Source: an uncultured Nitrospinaceae bacterium (GTDB lineage Bacteria; UBA8248). From it: DNA of 33,098 nucleotides. Positions 9,221 through 18,300 of the stretch are shown here, piece by piece (the first letter of the stretch is position 1; every line of letters begins with the position of its first letter). A program made the translations under genes and the position numbers. The notes under the pieces were generated by a model. That model worked only from the letters and a program-made list of their open reading frames with translations, searched no databases and was not told the DNA's origin. Location of the stretch: assembly GCA_964005815.1 (NCBI GenBank), contig CAXFSR010000001.1, positions 1 to 33,098 of the forward strand. The letters are read 5' to 3'.

Positions 9221-10753
9221 TTAAACAACAACCTGTTCTTTAAATAAACCAAAAACATTTCTAAGTTCATCAGAGATTTCACCTAAAGTAGCATGAGATT
9301 TCGCGGCATTCAAAATATAAGGTATTAAATTATCATCATTTTTTGCTGCATCAGAAAGAGATTTTAAGGAATCCATTGTTTTCTTATTGTTTCTTGTTTT
9401 TTTGAGACTTCTTAATCTTCGGTTTTGTTCTTTCTCAATTTCTGGATTTATCTTCGTCAAAGGAACATCAAAATCATCATTTTTATTAAAACAATTGAGA
9501 CCAATAATTTTGATGCTACCTTTATCGATTTCTTTTTGATATTTAAATGCACTTTCCTGAATTTCTCTTTGAACCCATCCATTTTGAATAGAAGCAACCA
9601 TCCCACCCATTGAATCGATTTTTTCAATCAAACTCAACGATTCATTTTGCAATTCTAAAGTCATTTTCTCAAGAATATAAGCACCACCACAAGGATCTAC
9701 TGTGGCTGCAATATTAGTCTCTTCTGCAACTATCTGTTGAGTCCTTAGAGCCAAGCTAGCTGTTTCTTCTGTTGGAAGAGAAAGTGCTTCATCCCAAGAA
9801 TTTGTATGTAAAGACTGAGTTCCCCCCAAAACGGCGGCTAAAGCTTGGTATGAAGTTCTAATTATATTGTTTTTTGGTTGTTGAGCTACCAAGGAACTCC
9901 CTGCAGTCTGTGCATGGAAACGAAATTTACATGACTCTTCATCTTTACTTCCAAATCTTTCTTTCATTATTTTAGCCCAAAGTGTTCTTGAGGCTCTAAA
10001 TTTTGCAATTTCTTCTAAGAAATTATTATGTACATTCATAAAAAATGAAATTCGTTTGCCTATAACATCAGCATTCATTCCAGCATCTATAGCGGATTCA
10101 ACATAAGTTATAGCATTCGATAATGTAAATGCAATTTCTTGTATAGCATTAGAACCAGCCTCTCGAATATGATACCCGCTTATAGAAATTGGATTCCATT
10201 TGGGCATTTCTTTACTACAAAAAGAAATCGAATCAGATATAAGTCTCAGACTATTTTCTAAAGGGTATATATAAGTCCCACGGGCAATATATTCTTTGAG
10301 AGCATCGTTTTGAATTGTGCCTCTTAAATTACTTATCTCAAAACCCCTTTTTTCTGCTATAGCTATGTAAAAGCATAACAAGATTGCAGCTGTAGAATTT
10401 ATGGTCATAGAAGTAGAAATTTTATCAAGAGGAATATCCTTGAACAACAAATCCATATCATCAATTGAAGATATAGATACTCCTACACGTCCAACCTCTC
10501 CTTCAGATAAATGATTATCCGCGTCGTAACCAATCTGAGTAGGTAAGTCAAATGCAACTGAAATTCCCATTTGTCCCTTGGATAACAAATATTTATACCT
10601 TTTATTACTTTCTGATGCGGAACCGAAGCCTGCATATTGACGCATTGTCCAAAATCTTCCTCTGTACATATTTGTACGTATTCCTCTGGTAAATGGAAAT
10701 TGACCAGGCATTGTATTTTCAAAATTACCTATAGAATCATCAGATTTCTTCAT
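9221..10753 (-). CDS. Methylmalonyl-CoA mutase, substrate-binding (large) subunit of a split enzyme; no cobalamin-binding domain
   Basis: PGQFPFTRG, WTMRQYAGF, SVAFDLPTQIGYD, GTIQNDALKEYIARGTY, ISGYHIREAG and GGTQSLHTNS motifs. Ends at ATLGEISDELRNVFG without a DxHxxG domain. Confidence 0.93.
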   Translation of the reverse strand: MKKSDDSIGNFENTMPGQFPFTRGIRTNMYRGRFWTMRQYAGFGSASESNKRYKYLLSKGQMGISVAFDLPTQIGYDADNHLSEGEVGRVGVSISSIDDMDLLFKDIPLDKISTSMTINSTAAILLCFYIAIAEKRGFEISNLRGTIQNDALKEYIARGTYIYPLENSLRLISDSISFCSKEMPKWNPISISGYHIREAGSNAIQEIAFTLSNAITYVESAIDAGMNADVIGKRISFFMNVHNNFLEEIAKFRASRTLWAKIMKERFGSKDEESCKFRFHAQTAGSSLVAQQPKNNIIRTSYQALAAVLGGTQSLHTNSWDEALSLPTEETASLALRTQQIVAEETNIAATVDPCGGAYILEKMTLELQNESLSLIEKIDSMGGMVASIQNGWVQREIQESAFKYQKEIDKGSIKIIGLNCFNKNDDFDVPLTKINPEIEKEQNRRLRSLKKTRNNKKTMDSLKSLSDAAKNDDNLIPYILNAAKSHATLGEISDELRNVFGLFKEQVVV

Positions 10754-10826
10754 TTTTAGAACTTTGCTTTCTAAAAGTAAAAATTAAAAGATTAGAAAAA
10801 CTCAAAAAACATCTTAGAAAATATTT

Positions 10827-11615
10827 CTATTCTTCTTTTTCTTCTATTATACAAATCCTTTCAATAGATTTAGCCCTTCTAGTAATAGAGTCAATATCAA
10901 TTAAAACACCATTGAGTTGTCCATTTCCTTTTGCAGGTTCCAATCTTCTAGGTATTCCCATAAGAAATTTTTCAAGTACTATAGATGTATCCATCCCTAT
11001 AACTGAATTAAAGGGACCTGTCATACCTACATCAGTTATATAAGCAGTCCCTTTTGGAAGAACTTTATTATCTGCAGTTTGTATATGAGTATGAGTTCCA
11101 ACAACCGCTGAAACTTTACCATCAAGGTACCATCCCATAGCAACTTTTTCACTAGTAGTTTCTCCATGAAAGTCAACAAAGATTACATATTCCTGTTCCT
11201 TCAGATTTGCTAATAATTTATCAACTTTTCTAAACGGACAATCAACGGAAGGCATAAAAACTCTTCCCATAAGATTGATAACAACTATATTAGGAGAAAA
11301 ACTCGAAGATATAAATATACCGCTACCAGGATTGGACTCAGGGTAATTTGCAGGTCGAAGTAATCTTGGTTCCGTAAACATGAAATCTTTTATTTCTTTT
11401 CGATCCCAGACATGGTTCCCAGTGGTTATTACATCTGCACCGCACTCAAAAAGATGATCTGCGTTCTGAATATTTATACCAAAACCTCCTGCTGAGTTTT
11501 CTCCATTAATAACACAAAAATCCACGGAATATTTTTGTTTTAAAAGAGGAACTCTCTCAACAGCCATCTTCCTACCAACTTTTCCAGTAACATCACCAAT
11601 AAATAAAATTTTCAT
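10827..11615 (-). CDS. ymdB: YmdB-like metallophosphoesterase (TIGR00282 family)
   Basis: MKILFIGDVTG, NGENSAGG, TTGNHVWD, DFHGETTSEK, GTHTHIQTAD and TDVGMTGP motifs. Lies downstream of rny. ATG at 11615 preferred. Confidence 0.96.
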   Translation of the reverse strand: MKILFIGDVTGKVGRKMAVERVPLLKQKYSVDFCVINGENSAGGFGINIQNADHLFECGADVITTGNHVWDRKEIKDFMFTEPRLLRPANYPESNPGSGIFISSSFSPNIVVINLMGRVFMPSVDCPFRKVDKLLANLKEQEYVIFVDFHGETTSEKVAMGWYLDGKVSAVVGTHTHIQTADNKVLPKGTAYITDVGMTGPFNSVIGMDTSIVLEKFLMGIPRRLEPAKGNGQLNGVLIDIDSITRRAKSIERICIIEEKEE

Positions 11616-11622
11616 CGACTTA

Positions 11623-13197
11623 TTAATGGGCCGTAGCCATGTGACGAGTTTCACGAATAACAGTAACTATTATCTCTCCTGGGTAAGTTTGCTCAGATTC
11701 AATGCGTTTTGCTATATCCCTTGCTAAAAAATCGGCCTGAGAATCTGAAACACTTTCTGGCAAAACACTCACTCTTATCTCTCGTCCAGCCTGAAGAGCA
11801 TAACATTTTTCAACACCTTTAAAGGAATTTGCTATACCCTCTAAGGCCTCTAGTCTTTTTACATAACTCTCTGCAATTTCACGTCTTGCCCCCGGTCTTG
11901 CTGCTGAGAGTGTATCTGCAGCTTTTACTAAAACAGACTCTATACAATTCGGTTCTTCATCTTCATGATGCGATACAATAGCATTAAGAACTTGTGAAGG
12001 TTCTTTAAATCTTCTTGCCATTTCATAACCAATTTCAACATGAGACCCTTCTATCTCGTGCGTAGCAGATTTTCCAATATCATGAAAAAGACCTGCTCTT
12101 TTTGCCATATAAGGGTCTAAACCTAATTCATTTGCAAGAATTCCAGCTAAATGAGCAACCTCTTTAGAATGTTCAAGCGCGTTCTGACTATAGCTTGTTC
12201 GATATTTCATTCGACCAAGATATTTAATTAATTCTGGATGAACATCTTTTATTGAAAGTTCAATTACCGCGTCTTTTCCAGCTTGTAAAATCAGATTTTC
12301 TATTTCTTTAGTAGTCTTTTTTACCACTTCCTCTATTCTACCTGGATGAATTCGACCATCTTCAACCAAGTATTCAAGGGACAATCTTGCTATTTCTCTT
12401 CTAACCTTATCAAAAGCAGAAACGACTACAGCTTCAGGAGTATCATCCACTATGATATCGACTCCAGTTGCCATCTCAAGTGCACGAATGTTTCTTCCCT
12501 CTCGACCTATAATTCTACCCTTCATCTCTTCACTTGGAATTGAGACTACACTTACCAAACTCTCTGCAACATAATCATTTGAAAATCTTTCGGCAGCACT
12601 TGCAATTAATTTTTGTGATTCCATTGTTAGATTTTGCTTAACCTTTTCTTCATATTTTTTAATCTCTTCATGTATATCTTTTTTAGCTTCTTCTTCGTAT
12701 TTTTCCATTAATTCTTTTTTCGCATCTTGAGCAGTTAAACCTGAGATCCTTTCTAATTTCAAATTCTCTTCCTCTATTAATTCAGCATAATGTTTCTCAT
12801 TTGCTTCTATCTGATTCTCCCGCTCTTGCATCTGTGAAATCCGTTTTTCAATTGAAAAATCTTTAGAATCAAGACTTTGTCTTCTTTTATCAAGAACCTC
12901 TTCTCTTTGAGTCAAACGATCTTCAATTTTCTGTAATTCATCAAATCTATCTTTGTTTTCATCAACCAATTTCTCTCTAAGTTGAAACATTTGTCCTTTA
13001 TAATCGTTTTCTAAATCCTTGATTTTTTGATTTAATCTTTCCTCGGCATCTTGGTCTCTTGACTTTATTTTATCCTCAAAATCATTCCTAACTTTTGTAA
13101 GAGTTTTTTTTGAATTAAAGATTAGATAAAAAATAATCAAACAACTTAAGACCATTAGAAAAATAAGAATGATCAATAAATTAGGTATCGTTAACAT
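11623..13197 (-). CDS. rny: Ribonuclease Y
   Basis: N-terminal TM helix, coiled coil, KH domain (MKGRIIGREGRNIR), HD domain (GLFHDIGK) and ADTLSAARPGARRE. SD AGGAGG. Confidence 0.98.
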   Translation of the reverse strand: MLTIPNLLIILIFLMVLSCLIIFYLIFNSKKTLTKVRNDFEDKIKSRDQDAEERLNQKIKDLENDYKGQMFQLREKLVDENKDRFDELQKIEDRLTQREEVLDKRRQSLDSKDFSIEKRISQMQERENQIEANEKHYAELIEEENLKLERISGLTAQDAKKELMEKYEEEAKKDIHEEIKKYEEKVKQNLTMESQKLIASAAERFSNDYVAESLVSVVSIPSEEMKGRIIGREGRNIRALEMATGVDIIVDDTPEAVVVSAFDKVRREIARLSLEYLVEDGRIHPGRIEEVVKKTTKEIENLILQAGKDAVIELSIKDVHPELIKYLGRMKYRTSYSQNALEHSKEVAHLAGILANELGLDPYMAKRAGLFHDIGKSATHEIEGSHVEIGYEMARRFKEPSQVLNAIVSHHEDEEPNCIESVLVKAADTLSAARPGARREIAESYVKRLEALEGIANSFKGVEKCYALQAGREIRVSVLPESVSDSQADFLARDIAKRIESEQTYPGEIIVTVIRETRHMATAH

Positions 13198-13212
13198 TGG
13201 TACCTCCTATAA

Positions 13213-13809
13213 TTAACAAGAACATCTGATCAACTCTTTATCGGTTATAATCCAATCTAGATGTTGATCCCATTCTCTTGATGGTAAATTCCGTTCCCAA
13301 AAAAACTGAAATGAAAAACCAACTCCTACTCTTATAGTTTTCAAATCTAGAATACTTAAAAACTTATCGTAAAAACCTTTCCCATAACCCAATCTAGTAC
13401 CATTTAAATCAAATGCTAAACCAGGGATTAAGATTACATCAAAAACTGAAGAATCAACTTTAACACCACAATTATTCGGCTCTAAAATATTCGAATATCC
13501 AACTGAAAAATCTTCTCTGAGATTATTTACAGAATAAAAATCTAGACTTTTACCATTCACTTTAGGAAAATAAAAAACTCTATTAGAATCTTTATGACCA
13601 TCCCATATTAAAGAAATATCAATCTCCTTATTTTCATGAATTGGATGAAAAACAGCTATATGTCTTAGCTGAAAAATTGTTAAAAACACTTCCAATCTAT
13701 TACAAAAATTAAGACTAGAGGTTCTCCTGTTGTTTTCAGATACTTCACTTCTAACTTTTTTTATTTTTTTTCTTAAAACACTTTTTTGTGTTAGATTTAA
13801 AATACTCAA
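13213..13809 (-). CDS. ygfA: 5-formyltetrahydrofolate cyclo-ligase
   Basis: KSVLRKKIK, NILEP and DVILIPGLAFDLNGTRLGYGKGFYD motifs. Directly downstream of 6S RNA, as is typical. TTG start. Confidence 0.95.
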   Translation of the reverse strand: MSILNLTQKSVLRKKIKKVRSEVSENNRRTSSLNFCNRLEVFLTIFQLRHIAVFHPIHENKEIDISLIWDGHKDSNRVFYFPKVNGKSLDFYSVNNLREDFSVGYSNILEPNNCGVKVDSSVFDVILIPGLAFDLNGTRLGYGKGFYDKFLSILDLKTIRVGVGFSFQFFWERNLPSREWDQHLDWIITDKELIRCSC

Positions 13810-13832
13810 AGTTTAAATCCCATAAATAAAAG

Positions 13833-14022
13833 AAAACCCGTCGACCCCATCATTGTGCCGTGTGAGTTAAGCTATGAACCCAGCCTTGGCCAGGTGGGCA
13901 TCCAAAATGGGGCTTTAGGTTCAAATCCAATTGGAAATGACTCACCACCTCACGGAAGGATTCCCTTTTCAAAAATTACTGGGTCAAATGCTTTCGCCCA
14001 TCACGTTCACGACAGGGTCTTT
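13833..14022 (-). ncRNA. ssrS: 6S RNA
   Basis: GC-richer island of about 190 nt in the canonical zapA-ssrS-ygfA position. On the minus strand the 5' AGACCC(U)GUCG pairs with the 3' CGACGGGUUU, UGACCCAG pairs with CUGGGUUCA, and the 6S-like CCACCUGG...GGUUCA segment is present. Ends are approximate. Confidence 0.9.
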
Positions 14023-14088
14023 AATAATAAATTTAATGGGAAAAACTACAAAGGGAAAAGAAAGAAAGATCAGAAATCAGACGTGAAT

Positions 14089-14364
14089 TTAAACAGCTTC
14101 CTTAATCAATTCAATTAGCTTATCTGCCTTTTGAGATACTGCTTCATTATTATCAATTAAGTTTTTTTGTTCACTAAAAAAATCATTAGCAATATTCATG
14201 GATGCCAATAAAACTACCTTAAGAGGGTCATTGCTCTGTCTAGAAACTTTCATAATTTGTTTATCAACATAATCTGCTAGCTTCTGAGCATACTCTGGAT
14301 CAGCATCACTCTTTAAATTCAAAACTTGTCCAAAAATCTTTAAAGTCAGTTTCTTCTCACTCAT
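14089..14364 (-). CDS. zapA: Cell division protein ZapA
   Basis: LKIFGQVLNL...YAQKLADYVDKQI...VVLLASMNIANDF. Upstream of 6S RNA and rny. Confidence 0.93.
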   Translation of the reverse strand: MSEKKLTLKIFGQVLNLKSDADPEYAQKLADYVDKQIMKVSRQSNDPLKVVLLASMNIANDFFSEQKNLIDNNEAVSQKADKLIELIKEAV

Positions 14365-14379
14365 TACTCATCCCATCAA

Positions 14380-14640
14380 CTAATTCACACATAAACTTGA
14401 AAGTACTTTTTCTACACGTTCTGTAGCATGTTTTTGTGTATCATTAAGTTTCTTATTTTCCGCTTCTAAATCTTGTAATTTTTCTCTATTTAATGAAATT
14501 TCATTATTCGCTTTTTCTAGATCGGTCTTTGTCTTTTCAATTAGAACACCCATTTCATCCACTGATCTTCTCAATATGACTACTTCTTCAAGTATTTTTT
14601 TTATGCTTAACTCAAGATTATCCATTTTTTCCAAAACCAT
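14380..14640 (-). CDS. zapB: ZapB-like coiled-coil cell division protein
   Basis: 86-aa all-coiled-coil protein (LEKMDNLELSIKKILE...ERVEKVLSSL) immediately upstream of zapA. Confidence 0.7.
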   Translation of the reverse strand: MVLEKMDNLELSIKKILEEVVILRRSVDEMGVLIEKTKTDLEKANNEISLNREKLQDLEAENKKLNDTQKHATERVEKVLSSLCVN

Positions 14641-14677
14641 AAAATAAACCTTTTCAGTTCAAATAAACATACTAATC

Positions 14678-14707
14678 ATTGTATTGATCGCACACATAGA
14701 ATGTCAA
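14678..14707 (-). promoter_or_regulatory. Sigma70-type promoter for the zapB-zapA-ssrS-ygfA-rny unit
   Basis: Minus strand TTGACA (14707-14702), 18-nt spacer, TACAAT (14683-14678), ending 37 nt upstream of the zapB ATG. Confidence 0.65.
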
Positions 14708-14710
14708 GGA

Positions 14711-17140
14711 TTATGATCTAAGGCGAGCACCATACTTTGAGCCTAAATTAGATACGATAGAGTCAAAAGCCTCATTAACTTCTTCGTCTGTTAGAGTTCG
14801 ACTTGGATTGTTAAAAACAAGAGAATAAGCAACACTCTTTTCATCAATATTTTCGATATTGGCCCCTTGGTAAATATCAAACAATTTGATTGATTTTAAA
14901 ATATCCCCAGCTGCTCGAGAAATTTCCATTTCAATCGAGGAATTTGGAATTTTTTCATCCAAAACAATTGCTAAGTCTCTATAACTTGCTGGATAGCGAT
15001 TAAGTTGTTCCATTCTTTTTAAAGAAAAATCCTCTTTAGCAAGAAGATCTAAATTTATTTCAAACGAACATAATTTATAATCAATTCCATAATTTTGAAG
15101 ACATTCTCTTTTTATATATCCTATTTCTCCAATTTCCTCTTTATTTAGAATTATCCTTGCATACGAACCAGTTTCATAAGGATTGGAAGAATCAGGAACT
15201 ACATTTTCAAATTTTAGGGACGAAAAATTAAGAAATTCTAATGCTCTTTCTATAGAACCCTTTAGGGTAAAAATGTCTTTTGGTAATGGAGAATCTCCGC
15301 CTGGAGAGGTACCGTCATCCCAAAGTTCTAGATCATCAGCATCTATCAAAACTGCATTGATTTCAAGGAATTCTTTGGGTAATTTTACGTCTCTTACAAA
15401 AGTTTTTCCAATCTCAAAAAGTCTTATTGAACGCTGGCCATGGTTTAAATTTAGAGAAACATTTTGAAGCAATCCTGATAGAAGTGTAGTTCTCAAGGAA
15501 GACATTTCATTACTAAGAGGATTTTTCAAAGGAACTATTTTATTAGGATCTGCGCCTAACAATTCAAGATTCGATGAATTAACAAAGCTATAGTTAATTG
15601 CTTCATCAAATCCAGAGTGAATCATAGCATCTCTAAGACCAGTTTCTATGCTTCTTCTTTTTGAAGTAGGATTTGGGGGTTTGGAGGTTCTAGGAAGTGA
15701 AGAAACAAAAGTATTATATCCCTTTCTCCTTGCGATTTCCTCAATTAAGTCTATTTCACGTGTAATATCTGACCTAAATGTTGGAACCTCACAATCAATA
15801 ACTGACTCTTTGATTTCAGAACAACTAATAGAAAGGGGTTCCAATAATCGTTTTATTTCTTCTAGAGTAAAACTAATTCCTAGTAGTTTTTTAATTCTAT
15901 CAATACGAAGAGATATAACAACTGGGTTAAAAGGTACTGGATAAATGTCTAAAACTGTTTCAGAAATTTTTCCCTCTGTAAATTGACGAGCTAATTCAAC
16001 AGCCATATTAACCGCCAAAATGGTTCCATTTGGATCAACTCCCCTTTCAAATCTGTATGAGGCCTCAGTATTCAAACCAATCTTACGTCTAGTTTTTCTA
16101 ATGCAAGAAGGAGAAAAATGTGCACTTTCAAATAAAATATTTTTGGTTTCCTTAGTAACCTCTGATTGAATACCACCAATTACTCCAGCCAAAGCAATAG
16201 GTCCTTCTGTGTCACATATCATTAGATCTTCATCAGACAAATCATATTTTTTTCCGTCCAAAGCAAGAAACGGTCCATCAGATTGTTTCCATCTTCTAAT
16301 CAAAATTTTATCGCCCTTAAGATTATCCATATCGAATGCATGAAGGGGTTGACCTAAAGTAAGCATAACGTAGTTAGTGATATCTACTACATTATTAATC
16401 GGACGCATTCCAGAAGATCTCAAACGTGCTTTTAACCAATCAGGAGATTCTCCAATTTTTGTATTAAAAACAGTTCTTGCTGTGTATCTAGGACAATCTT
16501 TAACATTTACAATTTCAATAGTCTTGTTAACATTTATAGGTTCATCTTCGACTCTCACTTTTGGGATTTTTAATTTTTTCCCCAAAATAGCAGAACTTTC
16601 CCTTGCAACACCCAAAACAGAAAGACAATCTGACCTATTTGGAGTTATAGATATGTCCAAAATTGGATCTCCATAACCAAGAACTTCTTTTGGAGATATT
16701 CCCAATTGTGCATCTTTTGTAAGAACCATAATACCACTTTGGTCTTCTCCAATACCGAGTTCTTTTTCTGAACAAATCATTCCATCACTTGAAACACCAC
16801 GAATTTTCGCCTTTTTAATCTTTTGTCCATCAGGAAAAACGAATCCGGGATTTGCTACTATGATTTTCTGACCAGGGGCAACGTTTTTTGCACCGCAAAT
16901 AATCTGTCTTTCATTTGAACCATCATTTACTATACACAAACTAAGACGATCAGCATTGGGATGATCCTGTACAGAAATAATTTCGGCAATAACGAGATTA
17001 GCACAATCTAATTCTTTTACTTCTGGGACTTCTGTCTCAAGACCAGATAGAAGCAATTCTTCCGCGAGTTGAACTGCAAAATGGTTATCACTTTTCTCTA
17101 ATTCTAAAAATTCTGATAACCAATTTAGGGTAATTAACAT
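14711..17140 (-). CDS. pheT: Phenylalanine--tRNA ligase beta subunit
   Basis: HPNADRL, ICGAKNV, ITPNRSDCLS, INNVVDITNYVM, RFERGVD, REIDLIEEIAR motifs and a C-terminal FDX-ACB domain. Confidence 0.99.
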   Translation of the reverse strand: MLITLNWLSEFLELEKSDNHFAVQLAEELLLSGLETEVPEVKELDCANLVIAEIISVQDHPNADRLSLCIVNDGSNERQIICGAKNVAPGQKIIVANPGFVFPDGQKIKKAKIRGVSSDGMICSEKELGIGEDQSGIMVLTKDAQLGISPKEVLGYGDPILDISITPNRSDCLSVLGVARESSAILGKKLKIPKVRVEDEPINVNKTIEIVNVKDCPRYTARTVFNTKIGESPDWLKARLRSSGMRPINNVVDITNYVMLTLGQPLHAFDMDNLKGDKILIRRWKQSDGPFLALDGKKYDLSDEDLMICDTEGPIALAGVIGGIQSEVTKETKNILFESAHFSPSCIRKTRRKIGLNTEASYRFERGVDPNGTILAVNMAVELARQFTEGKISETVLDIYPVPFNPVVISLRIDRIKKLLGISFTLEEIKRLLEPLSISCSEIKESVIDCEVPTFRSDITREIDLIEEIARRKGYNTFVSSLPRTSKPPNPTSKRRSIETGLRDAMIHSGFDEAINYSFVNSSNLELLGADPNKIVPLKNPLSNEMSSLRTTLLSGLLQNVSLNLNHGQRSIRLFEIGKTFVRDVKLPKEFLEINAVLIDADDLELWDDGTSPGGDSPLPKDIFTLKGSIERALEFLNFSSLKFENVVPDSSNPYETGSYARIILNKEEIGEIGYIKRECLQNYGIDYKLCSFEINLDLLAKEDFSLKRMEQLNRYPASYRDLAIVLDEKIPNSSIEMEISRAAGDILKSIKLFDIYQGANIENIDEKSVAYSLVFNNPSRTLTDEEVNEAFDSIVSNLGSKYGARLRS

Positions 17141-17164
17141 GATCTTAATCCTTTAATAGGATAT

Positions 17165-18256
17165 TTAGAACTGCCTTATTGTTCTCAAGTCATTTTCAAA
17201 AAATAGTCTAATATCGCTTATTCCATAGCGTAGCATTGTGATTCTTTCTACACCCAAACCCCAAGCAAAACCACTCCATTCTTCAGGATCATAGCCTACA
17301 GCCTCAAAAACTGCTGGATCAACCATACCGGCACCTAAAACTTCCATCCAATTACCATTCGCAAGATGGTCACAAGCAATGTCTACTTCTGCACTCGGCT
17401 CAGTAAAAGGAAAAAAACTTGGTCGAAGTCTTACACGAAATTCAGGACCAAAAATTTCAGAAATAAAGGTTTCGATTGTCCCTTTTAGATCTGAAAAGGT
17501 AACATTTTTATCAACGTATAAACCTTCTATTTGGTGGAACATAGGAGAGTGAGTTACATCTGCATCACAACGAAAAACTTTTCCAGGAGCAATAACTTTT
17601 ACGGGTGGATTCTGAGATTTCATGACTCTAATTTGAACTGGGGAAGTATGAGTCCTTAGAAGAACTTCTTCAGAAATATAGAAAGTATCTTGCATATCTC
17701 TAGCTGGGTGATCCTTAGGTATATTTAATGCCTCAAAATTAAAATAATCAAGTTCTACTTCAGGCCCTTCAGCAACACTGTAACCAAGTCGAGTTAAAAT
17801 TTGGATCAAATCCTCGGAAGTTTGAACAAGCGGGTGTTTATGGCCAATAGGAATTTTCTTGCCCGGAATTGTTAGATCAATGAATTCTTTTGGTTGAGTT
17901 TCCTCAACTGAATCAGTCAAAAGATTTACAGAAACTTCAATTTTTTTAAATAAATAAGATTTGCCATCTATTAATTCAACATTAGACAATAGAACCTTTA
18001 TAGCGGAAGTTCTTCCTTTTTTTTTGAATTCTTTCACAAATTCTTCTATTAGTGACCGTAAACTATTTACGAGTGGACCCAAAAAACGCCTCTGATCAAT
18101 ATCAATAGATTTTAAGTTTTTGGCCAATTTTGTTATTAAACCATCCTTACGACCCAGATATCGAAGTCGGACTTCATCTAAATCTGAAATATCTTCGGAC
18201 GATGATAATGAATCAAAAACCTCTTTTCCTATTTTTTCTAAATGACTAATTTCCAT
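17165..18256 (-). CDS. pheS: Phenylalanine--tRNA ligase alpha subunit (with an ~30-aa insertion after the N-terminal coiled coil)
   Basis: NFEALNIPKDHPARDMQDTFY, LLRTHTSPVQIR, HSPMFHQIEG, FPFTEPSAEVD and GFAWGLGVER motifs. Confidence 0.99.
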   Translation of the reverse strand: MEISHLEKIGKEVFDSLSSSEDISDLDEVRLRYLGRKDGLITKLAKNLKSIDIDQRRFLGPLVNSLRSLIEEFVKEFKKKGRTSAIKVLLSNVELIDGKSYLFKKIEVSVNLLTDSVEETQPKEFIDLTIPGKKIPIGHKHPLVQTSEDLIQILTRLGYSVAEGPEVELDYFNFEALNIPKDHPARDMQDTFYISEEVLLRTHTSPVQIRVMKSQNPPVKVIAPGKVFRCDADVTHSPMFHQIEGLYVDKNVTFSDLKGTIETFISEIFGPEFRVRLRPSFFPFTEPSAEVDIACDHLANGNWMEVLGAGMVDPAVFEAVGYDPEEWSGFAWGLGVERITMLRYGISDIRLFFENDLRTIRQF

Positions 18257-18270
18257 TTAAAGAATCCCAT

Positions 18271-18300
18271 AAAAAAAAGCTCCACCTAATTAGGAGGAGC
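18271..18300 (-). terminator. Intrinsic terminator between rplT and pheS (possible attenuator)
   Basis: Minus strand GCTCCTCCTAATTAGGTGGAGC-TTTTTTTT: stem GCTCC/GGAGC plus CCT/AGG, followed by U8. Confidence 0.8.

Noticed and set aside
5504..12543. Short alternative-frame ORFs inside the MFS, mutase and rny genes (5504, 6220, 9425, 10483, 12346)
   Set aside because: All are nested in conserved genes, with no recognisable product.
13833..14022. GC-rich structured region read as a riboswitch (for example THF) for ygfA
   Set aside because: End-to-end pairing, length and zapA-ygfA synteny fit 6S RNA better.
13855..14118. 87-aa plus-strand ORF
   Set aside because: Antisense to 6S RNA; it is open because of the locally higher GC content.
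15183..16676. Three plus-strand ORFs of 94-99 aa
   Set aside because: Antisense shadows of pheT.
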